DNA from: an uncultured Candidatus Actinomarina sp.
GTDB taxonomy: Bacteria; Actinomycetota; Acidimicrobiia; Actinomarinales; Actinomarinaceae
Assembly: GCA_902576605.1 (NCBI GenBank)
Contig: CACGVI010000005.1
Location: forward strand, 1 to 55,087
Length of the DNA stretch: 55,087 nucleotides
Direction of reading: 5' to 3'
Shown here: positions 48,673 to 55,087 of the stretch, piece after piece
How the letters are laid out: each line of letters begins with the position of its first letter
How positions within the stretch are numbered: position 1 is the stretch's first letter
The notes under the pieces: model-generated
Told to the model about the DNA's origin: nothing
Seen by the model: only the letters and a program-made list of their open reading frames with translations
Databases searched by the model: none
Program-made: the position numbers and the translations under genes

Positions 48673-48886
48673 AATCTAATATCTCAAGATACATATTAAG
48701 ACTAGGTTTTATTTTAATACTTTTAAGGCTGAGAGATTTAACTTTATTTTCATTCGTAGAAATAATTTCTAAAATTACTTCTTCATTTCCAGGATAATTA
48801 TTAAATACGTTTCTTAATTTATACAAACTTTCTTTATTTAATTTATACTCTTCAAACCTTATGATAAAAGCATTGGGATCTGTCAT
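48665..48886 (-). CDS. Stand-alone domain resembling the C-terminal domain of DNA Pol III alpha (DnaE)
   Basis: LYKLRNVFNNYPGNEEVILEI...IKIKPSLNMYLEI resembles the L..LK.IL..HPG...V.L....V.PS..L..L end of DnaE; 73 aa with its own ATG. Confidence 0.55.
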   Translation of the reverse strand: MTDPNAFIIRFEEYKLNKESLYKLRNVFNNYPGNEEVILEIISTNENKVKSLSLKSIKIKPSLNMYLEILDFI

Positions 48887-48890
48887 GGTT

Positions 48891-49133
48891 CTACCAAAGA
48901 GGTCCGAAAAGACGAGAATATAAAATATATAGTGAATTTTTTTCTACTTCAACCATTTGTTTCCAAAACTTTATATTTTCATTAGAGTAAATTGCACTAG
49001 CTTCATCCTCTGACATACCAGAATCAATATTTCTTATATAATTTTCCTGTGGTTCAGTAATACCAACTTCTAATAAGTCTTTAAGGGCTTTTTGGATAAT
49101 ATTTAATTCTTGTTGATTTAACTCATATTGCAT
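48891..49133 (-). CDS. Hypothetical protein
   Basis: 80-aa ORF; TAATAT -10-like hexamer 7 nt before the ATG; stop 4 nt before the next start. Confidence 0.6.
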   Translation of the reverse strand: MQYELNQQELNIIQKALKDLLEVGITEPQENYIRNIDSGMSEDEASAIYSNENIKFWKQMVEVEKNSLYILYSRLFGPLW

Positions 49134-49144
49134 ATATGCAATAT
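49125..49144. promoter_or_regulatory. Perfect 20-bp palindrome ATATTGCATATATGCAATAT
   Basis: Self-complementary; overlaps the start codon at 49133 and part of its -10. Confidence 0.5.
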
Positions 49145-49166
49145 TAAAAAAAGACTATGACAAAAT

Positions 49167-49769
49167 TTATTGATTAGCTAGAGCTACAAGAAGTTGTCCT
49201 ACTTGATCCTGTGGAAGGTTTCCAGTTCTTCTTGCAACAACATTCAAATCTTTATCTAAAAACACCCAGTAAGGAAATGCGTTTAGTCCATAAGCAGTAG
49301 CAATCTCTTTATCAAGGTCGTATAACTGAAGTTCAGACCAACCCTCATTTGCTAGCCAATCGTGTGGAGGATAATTATCCCTGGATCTGTCAATTGAAGT
49401 TGCAACCGCTATCAACTCAATGCCGTCTGGTACGCCAATTAGATTTACATATTCTTGAACTACAGGCACTTCTTGTTGACAGTACCCACACCAGTGAGCT
49501 AGAAAGAGTAATGCTTTAGCATTGCCGTTCTTTTCAATTGTTACAATTTCAGAATTTTGATTAGGTGCAGAGAAAGTTGGAGCAGCTAAGCCTCTAGCGA
49601 TATTGTCATCATTTTCTGATGCAAATTGAGGAAGAAAATCACCATTTACTGTTGTTTCACCTTCTGGTAAGTTGCCATCTATAGGTTCATCTACAAGCGT
49701 CACACCAATAGCAACAGCTAAACCAATTACTAAAACAACTCCACCAGCGATAAAAAAGTTTTTATTCAA
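49167..49769 (-). CDS. Membrane-anchored TlpA/ResA-like thioredoxin
   Basis: N-terminal TM, APTFS, FLAHWCGYC, AYGLNAFPYWVFLD. TTG start at 49769 after GAAAGG (ORF track 49793). Confidence 0.88.
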   Translation of the reverse strand: MNKNFFIAGGVVLVIGLAVAIGVTLVDEPIDGNLPEGETTVNGDFLPQFASENDDNIARGLAAPTFSAPNQNSEIVTIEKNGNAKALLFLAHWCGYCQQEVPVVQEYVNLIGVPDGIELIAVATSIDRSRDNYPPHDWLANEGWSELQLYDLDKEIATAYGLNAFPYWVFLDKDLNVVARRTGNLPQDQVGQLLVALANQ

Positions 49770-50280
49770 TAATTTCCTTTCTCGATAAATCATAATACAA
49801 CAAAGCTAAAAATATCGTCAAAAAACCAGTACTAGCCATAACTGGAATTGAAATAAATCCAAAGATGTCAACATATTTTAGATTACATGGCACGTCAACA
49901 GCGCAGGAACCTCCACCTCCTCCACCATTTTGGAGATATATATGATAAGCTCCTACTCCAACGCCTAAAAGACTCAAGTATGCAGCGCGGATAAATCTTT
50001 TATTAAATAATCCAATTATCAATATTAATGCGATTGGGTACATCAAATAGCGTTGATACCAGCAGAATTTACATGGAATAAATCCAACAACTTCTGAATA
50101 GACCAAACTTCCAACAGAACAAACAAAAGCTACTAATGTTGCAAAGTTGTAAAATTGATCATTTATAACTTTGCTAAATCTTTTTTTTGTAAAGATAAAA
50201 AATAATAATAGTGAACATATAGCCCATGCAACAAAAGTAAAGAAGCCAAATAAAGTATTAAAAAAAACAATTAAGTCCAT
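49762..50280 (-). CDS. dsbB: Disulfide bond formation protein (DsbB/BdbC family)
   Basis: GSLVYSE..GFIPCKFCWYQR..MYP, second pair C....PC, FGFISIP. Confidence 0.88.
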   Translation of the reverse strand: MDLIVFFNTLFGFFTFVAWAICSLLLFFIFTKKRFSKVINDQFYNFATLVAFVCSVGSLVYSEVVGFIPCKFCWYQRYLMYPIALILIIGLFNKRFIRAAYLSLLGVGVGAYHIYLQNGGGGGGSCAVDVPCNLKYVDIFGFISIPVMASTGFLTIFLALLYYDLSRKEIIE

Positions 50281-50295
50281 AAAGAATTTTACCCT

Positions 50296-50331
50296 AAAAA
50301 AAATGATAGGCGGTCATTGCCGCCTATCATT
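50296..50331 (-). terminator. Rho-independent terminator of the rhodopsin gene
   Basis: 12-bp stem AATGATAGGCGG / CCGCCTATCATT with a 6-nt loop, followed by a T-run on the minus strand. Confidence 0.88.
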
Positions 50332-50353
50332 AAAGTTTTTGTATGAAAAAGTT

Positions 50354-51013
50354 TTAGACTTTTTCTCCTGACTTGATTCTTGCCATTCCAAGTACCAATA
50401 CACCAAGACCAACTTTATTAATTATGTCAGCAATTGTGTAAAGAACTTCTCTAATAGCATCGAAGTCGCCTGCTACTGGAGCTAAATAACCTAATGGATA
50501 GATTATCCAACCAACAAGTATGAGATTTTTGATTTTCTCAAACTGATCTGCTTCTGCAGCTTTAAGTCCTGCACCTTCTGCTTGAAGATTTCTCATCAAG
50601 TATGCATATGCAAGCATAGCTACAACAAATCCAATCCAGTAATTGTCACTGCCTGCAGATGATGTTTCACCGTAATAACCAGCTCCGATCATCACTGTTG
50701 CAGCGAGTCCCCAGTTTCTAACTTTTTCGTTATACTCTGCACCTGAAGATGTCACAGCAAGCACCTCTACAAACATTAATGGTACTGTTAGGATCCAGTC
50801 GACATATCTTAAGCCTGTATCATAATCCCCACCAGCCCATGAGCCAGTCATTTTGTTATAGTGATACCAAGCTATTCCTGTCACAAGAGCGGAGATATAC
50901 ACTCCTCTTCTGTGTTTTGGATCTACTTCTCTTGATGATGCTAGTAAAAATACTGTTCCAGCGAGCATACCCACTGTTGCCACCATAAAGAGTCTATAAG
51001 TAAGTTCAGCCAT
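50354..51013 (-). CDS. Proton-pumping microbial rhodopsin (MACR/proteorhodopsin-like)
   Basis: 7 TM; RYVDWILTVPLMFVE (DTE motif, Met at the position equivalent to 105), helix-B His, DIINKVG retinal Lys; AAGGAG SD. Confidence 0.95.
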   Translation of the reverse strand: MAELTYRLFMVATVGMLAGTVFLLASSREVDPKHRRGVYISALVTGIAWYHYNKMTGSWAGGDYDTGLRYVDWILTVPLMFVEVLAVTSSGAEYNEKVRNWGLAATVMIGAGYYGETSSAGSDNYWIGFVVAMLAYAYLMRNLQAEGAGLKAAEADQFEKIKNLILVGWIIYPLGYLAPVAGDFDAIREVLYTIADIINKVGLGVLVLGMARIKSGEKV

Positions 51014-51043
51014 TTTAGCTTACTCCTTTTGTTTAATTTTTAC

Positions 51044-51063
51044 ATTGTGAAACTAATCACAAT
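51044..51063. promoter_or_regulatory. Rex/CRP-type operator ATTGTGA-AACTAA-TCACAAT
   Basis: Perfect TGTGA-N6-TCACA; one mismatch to the Rex consensus; abuts a CATAAT -10 (51064-51069, minus strand). Confidence 0.7.
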
Positions 51064-51129
51064 ATTATGTTATTCATTTTGTGCATTTGTGAATGTATTT
51101 TTAAATTTTTTTTTAAAATCGGTGTAACT

Positions 51130-52632
51130 TTATTTCAAAATACTAGTAATGACGCCCAACGACTCATTACCCCATTGCTCAAGATAGGGTTTTAAGTTAA
51201 ACTTTCTGGCTGTTGAGTCAGAAGTCATATATCTAATTTTCCCAAATATACTACGCTCTGGCCCCCATGCTCTGTCATACCTTCCAAGAATCCAAAAAAC
51301 TCCTGAATACGAATTTGGATCTCTGCCGTCTAATGAATATCTATCATTAAGAGTAATCATATAAGAAAGTGCAATTTGCGGATTTGGTGTCCATTCAAGA
51401 ATTTTTTTTCCCCACAACATTCTCAAATAGTTTTGTATAACTCCTTGAGTTCTTAATTGATTTTGGGCAGCATTCCAAATTTCGTCATGAGTTTGAGAGT
51501 AAGTTAATTCGTCTAAAGAGTAAATGTATTCTCTTTCGTCTAAAGAATGTTCTTGTAAAGTTTTTATAGCCCATTCCGGTAAGCTAGAGTACTGATTGTA
51601 ATTAGCACGCCTAACACACGTATGGTAACCAAGCTCTCTCCATGTAATTAATTCATCCATAAAGCTTTCAAAATTATCAGAACTTCCCCACCAACCTTCT
51701 CTTCGTCCAACCATTTTTGGATTTATAGATTCTGGAGACCAAGACTCTAGTTCAGATATTTTATCAAATACTTCATGAGTCGATATCTGACCGGAGTGAA
51801 AATATGGAGATAGCTGGCTACTTGCTTCTTTTGAAGGGTCACTTCTGTATTGTGCATAATCTTGATATCCAACCTCAATAAATTTATTAAGTTGTTTTGC
51901 AGCATTCGAATACCCACCTCTGATAGAACTAATCTCAACTGTTTTGTCTATATTTAAATTTTCTAGAAAGTCATCTATGTTTTCACTTTCAAAATTATAA
52001 GGAACCCATTTATTTTGTATATCTTTTATAAGTGAAACATCAAATTTTTTGTTTAAAAGATCAAGAGGGTGTTCAAGAGGTGTTTCAATAATAAAATCTT
52101 CTAAATTTTTATGAAGATACCTTCTAAAATCATGTGCTCTTACATACTCTTTTTCTGAAAGCCTTATTGGAACAATTCCGTTCGAATCTACAAGCTCATA
52201 TCTTGTATTAATTTCACCAGATGCTTTTGCTGTCATTTGAGGAACGAAATAAGTTGGATAATCATCCGTTACTACTACTGAAGCATCTTTTGAAATCTCT
52301 GTTAACAGTCCTTCAGACTCCTTTGATGACTGTTCAACAAATGGATAGTAGTAAGCCTTAGAACTTAGAACTGTTTCATATACTTCTTTCATACCTTCAA
52401 GTGTGAACTTATGAAATCGTATACTTGACATCGGATAGTCAAGTATTAATGGTTCCAAAATAAGCAGAGGTTGAGAAAGTTGATTCGCCCACTCAACTGC
52501 TCGTTGCAACGCAAAGTTATACCCAACTCTCTTAAAGGAAATCATCCAGTAAACAACATATTTTGAATCTGGAATTGATTCGGGATTGATGTCTTTTAGT
52601 GTAGTAACACGTGTAAGTGGAACTTGTACCAT
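51130..52632 (-). CDS. phr: Class II CPD DNA photolyase
   Basis: VVYWM, NFALQRA, SQLSPYFHSGQIS, ELITWREL, THDEIWNAAQ, YLRMLWGKKILEW, LDGRDPNSY. Confidence 0.92.
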   Translation of the reverse strand: MVQVPLTRVTTLKDINPESIPDSKYVVYWMISFKRVGYNFALQRAVEWANQLSQPLLILEPLILDYPMSSIRFHKFTLEGMKEVYETVLSSKAYYYPFVEQSSKESEGLLTEISKDASVVVTDDYPTYFVPQMTAKASGEINTRYELVDSNGIVPIRLSEKEYVRAHDFRRYLHKNLEDFIIETPLEHPLDLLNKKFDVSLIKDIQNKWVPYNFESENIDDFLENLNIDKTVEISSIRGGYSNAAKQLNKFIEVGYQDYAQYRSDPSKEASSQLSPYFHSGQISTHEVFDKISELESWSPESINPKMVGRREGWWGSSDNFESFMDELITWRELGYHTCVRRANYNQYSSLPEWAIKTLQEHSLDEREYIYSLDELTYSQTHDEIWNAAQNQLRTQGVIQNYLRMLWGKKILEWTPNPQIALSYMITLNDRYSLDGRDPNSYSGVFWILGRYDRAWGPERSIFGKIRYMTSDSTARKFNLKPYLEQWGNESLGVITSILK

Positions 52633-52732
52633 ATAAAGACATTTTAAATTCCAAATTGAATTATTAATAATAATAAGGAGTAAATTAGTTTTAAATATGA
52701 AAATTTTTAGCTACACTAAAAAGGTTTAAATA

Positions 52733-53908
52733 ATGGGTGCAATAAATATTTCTAGTGTTGGTAAAATTTATCCAAATGGCACGCGTGCTTTAGAAGATGT
52801 CAATATTGAAATCAATGACGGAGAGTTTGTAGTATTAGTCGGCCCTTCTGGTTGTGGTAAAACAACTTTACTCAGAATGGTAGCTGGTTTAGAAGATATA
52901 ACCGAGGGAGAGATTTCTATTGCTAATAAATTAGTAAATGAAGTCGCACCTAAAGATAGAGATATAGCAATGGTTTTCCAAAATTATGCTTTATATCCTC
53001 ATATGTCTGTGTATGACAATATGGCTTTCTCACTTAAATTGCGTAAATTACCCAAAGATGAAATTGATAAGAAAGTAAAAGATGCGGCAAAAACATTAGA
53101 AATTGATGAATTATTAGATAGAAAACCAAAAGCTCTATCAGGAGGCCAAAGACAAAGAGTTGCTATGGGTAGAGCAATCGTTAGAAGTCCACAAGCATTC
53201 TTAATGGACGAACCTCTTTCAAACTTAGATGCTAAATTAAGAGTTCAAATGAGAGCAGAATTGGGGCAACTTCATACCCAGTTAGAAACTACTACTTTGT
53301 ATGTAACACACGATCAAGTTGAAGCTATGACTATGGGTGATAGGGTTGCAGTAATCAGGAAAGGCCTTTTACAGCAAATTGATACACCTAGGCAAATTTA
53401 TCTGTATCCGAAAAATATTTTTGTTGCTGGTTTTATTGGAAGTCCTTCAATGAATTTTGTCTATGCAACTGCAACAAAATCTGGAAAGGGAATGAAAATC
53501 AATTTTGGTGAAAACGAAGTAAAAGTAGCAAGCGCTCCAAAGGCTTTAATGGCATATGAAGGAAAAGAAATTGTTGTTGGAATTAGACCAGAGGCATTTG
53601 AAGATTCTGTATATGCAAATGAAAAAGAGTTTAGCGAGTATATAGAAATTGAAATATCTCTTCTTGAACAATTAGGTTCAGATACATATGTTCATTTTTA
53701 CAAGGATATCAAACCTGTTCAAACAGAAGCCATTGCAGAGATATTGGCTGATGAAGGCGAAGATATTTCAGTGCTTGGCAGTGAGACAAAATTTATTGCA
53801 AGGATAAATCCAAACTCATCCGTTGAAGAAGGTCAGAAAATAAATTTAGCGCTTGACCCGACAAAGTTGCATTACTTTGATCCTGATACCGGTTTAGCAA
53901 TAACTTAA
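52733..53908 (+). CDS. Sugar ABC transporter ATP-binding protein (MsiK/MalK-like)
   Basis: GPSGCGKTT, VFQNYALYPHM, LSGGQRQR, MDEPLSNLDAKLR, HDQVEAMT, C-terminal TOBE. Confidence 0.94.
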   Translation: MGAINISSVGKIYPNGTRALEDVNIEINDGEFVVLVGPSGCGKTTLLRMVAGLEDITEGEISIANKLVNEVAPKDRDIAMVFQNYALYPHMSVYDNMAFSLKLRKLPKDEIDKKVKDAAKTLEIDELLDRKPKALSGGQRQRVAMGRAIVRSPQAFLMDEPLSNLDAKLRVQMRAELGQLHTQLETTTLYVTHDQVEAMTMGDRVAVIRKGLLQQIDTPRQIYLYPKNIFVAGFIGSPSMNFVYATATKSGKGMKINFGENEVKVASAPKALMAYEGKEIVVGIRPEAFEDSVYANEKEFSEYIEIEISLLEQLGSDTYVHFYKDIKPVQTEAIAEILADEGEDISVLGSETKFIARINPNSSVEEGQKINLALDPTKLHYFDPDTGLAIT

Positions 53909-55087
53909 TTAAAAATTAGTATCTAATTCCTCTGTAATGTCTTCAATCTCTCTGTACGCTCTTTCTTTACCCATGTCAATATAGTTCTTTAATGCTATCC
54001 AGAGTGCATCAGCCCCAATCTTTCTTTCCATTAATTCACTAGCATCATAACGAAAAGAGTTTTCTATTAGTGAAACCATTACCAGATCGGCTTCTTTCTT
54101 AGTTAAAGGATTTATAATTGGATTTTTATTACGCTTATTTGCTGGAACATACGTGGCATCTAATTGATTCATCCATTGTTTGCCAAATTCTTCATTTATC
54201 AATGCATTAAACACTACTTCCGTTTCGTTTGAATAATTTAAAACAGTCAAAATATCTCCAATACCTACAATTGAAGACTCGCTTTTTGTTGATGGAAATT
54301 TAAAAAAGTCATAGTCTTGACCAAAGGTCTTATTTTCTGGCATATAAAATTCTGCATAATGACCTCCCCATGAAAAGACACAATCTACATCTTCACTAAG
54401 TAGGTTCTTGTAATTATTCCTGAATTCTTTTCTTATAACTCTTTTATTTGTTCCATATACAGCATTTTCTATGAATACTAATTTACCAATACTATTTATA
54501 GAACTAAGTATTTTGCTATCAGAAGATAATATATTCTGATTACTCCAATTATCGTATGTCTCTAGTCCATATTCACTAATAATTAAGTCTTCTAACCAAT
54601 TTGTGGCTATCCATCCAGTGGAAGCCCCACTTTCAATATCTAGACACCATAAATTTTCGTTAAATTTTGAATATTCTAAAGTAAAATTTAAAATTTCCCC
54701 GTAAGAATTAAATTGAGGAGATCCAATATTATTATATTTTTCAACACTATACCAAATCATTGAGTTTGGAAACAATCTAAAAAATGCGCCATAATTTTGG
54801 TTAGAGTTTTTTGAAGTTGTAATTTGCTGAAGATGTTTTGAATAGTAATTTTTCATTTGTTCTGAAGATATAATTTGTCCGATTGGCTTGATTATCGAAC
54901 GCTCACCAAGGTTTACAACTCCTTGAGGATTTGGAATTAATGCAATATCAATACTTGTATTCTGGTTCTCAATAAGATGTGTCTCAATGTCTGAAAAAAT
55001 TTCGTATTTAATTTTTAAATCTGTCGAGTCTTCAATAACCTTTAATTCATCCATAAAGTATTCTAAATCTGTCATTTGAGGTCCAGC
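53909..55087 (-). CDS. Sugar ABC transporter substrate-binding protein (probably 5'-truncated by the window edge)
   Basis: PNPQG, SMIWY, WCLDIESGASTGWIATNWLED, DYDFFKFP, FRYDASELM resemble alpha-glucoside-type SBPs; frame stays open to 55087 and no signal peptide is visible. Confidence 0.8.
   Translation of the reverse strand, partial: AGPQMTDLEYFMDELKVIEDSTDLKIKYEIFSDIETHLIENQNTSIDIALIPNPQGVVNLGERSIIKPIGQIISSEQMKNYYSKHLQQITTSKNSNQNYGAFFRLFPNSMIWYSVEKYNNIGSPQFNSYGEILNFTLEYSKFNENLWCLDIESGASTGWIATNWLEDLIISEYGLETYDNWSNQNILSSDSKILSSINSIGKLVFIENAVYGTNKRVIRKEFRNNYKNLLSEDVDCVFSWGGHYAEFYMPENKTFGQDYDFFKFPSTKSESSIVGIGDILTVLNYSNETEVVFNALINEEFGKQWMNQLDATYVPANKRNKNPIINPLTKKEADLVMVSLIENSFRYDASELMERKIGADALWIALKNYIDMGKERAYREIEDITEELDTNF

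Larger units (their letters stand above)
42619..49166. mobile_element. Putative accessory genomic island (NurA-HerA module plus orphan genes)
   Basis: Run of non-housekeeping genes between menG and tlpA; strong AGGAG SDs unlike the leaderless neighbours; tandem repeat. No integrase or att repeats seen, so boundaries are approximate. Confidence 0.55.

Noticed and set aside
42619-49166. Prophage or integrative element with att sites
   Set aside because: No integrase, capsid, large terminase, relaxase or flanking direct repeats recognised; kept only as a putative island.
49911-49928. Poly-Gly codon run (GGGGGG) in dsbB
   Set aside because: A flexible loop before the second Cys pair with mixed GGT/GGA codons; no sign of a regulatory repeat.
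638-51938. Many short antisense or alternate-frame ORFs in the ORF track (e.g. 2593-3024, 5737-6156, 10951-11466, 25503-25823, 38004-38312)
   Set aside because: They lie inside well-supported genes and show no motifs; treated as shadow ORFs.
1-55087. tRNA, rRNA or tmRNA genes
   Set aside because: Intergenic gaps are mostly too short, and none showed cloverleaf or rRNA signatures by eye.

Overview
AT-rich, very densely packed window from a streamlined marine actinobacterium, most likely Ca. Actinomarina (inferred from the MACR-type rhodopsin next to photolyase and thiol-disulfide genes, the actinobacterial gene content and the many leaderless genes). The core content is: a SpoIID/peptidoglycan-binding wall protein; tkt; an lpdA-E1(alpha/beta fusion)-E2-lipB/lipA(fusion) 2-oxoacid dehydrogenase operon; a split SUF system with two sufC genes; a BMP-type nucleoside ABC transporter; a full pyr operon with a PyrR RNA site; rpiB; fumC; an orphan DNA methyltransferase; a heterodimeric ABC exporter; a split-barrel-MenA fusion plus menG; dsbB/tlpA; rhodopsin; a class II photolyase; and sugar ABC genes. 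The most unusual part is an accessory island at about 42.6-49.15 kb. It holds a NurA nuclease-HerA ATPase pair with no adjacent Mre11/Rad50, in an operon with a small zinc-finger-like protein, a 2-TM protein and an HTH protein. Its control region has (TGAGCAGAG)x~7 next to a hairpin whose loop is complementary to the repeat. The island also holds a divergent 414-aa orphan and a free-standing DnaE C-terminal-like domain. Other unannotated signals are a candidate Val/Ile leader-peptide attenuator before lpdA and Rex/CRP-type operators before both the rhodopsin and menA-menG. No rRNA, tRNA, CRISPR array, integrase or transposase was recognised. All calls come from reading motifs by eye; no database searches were run.
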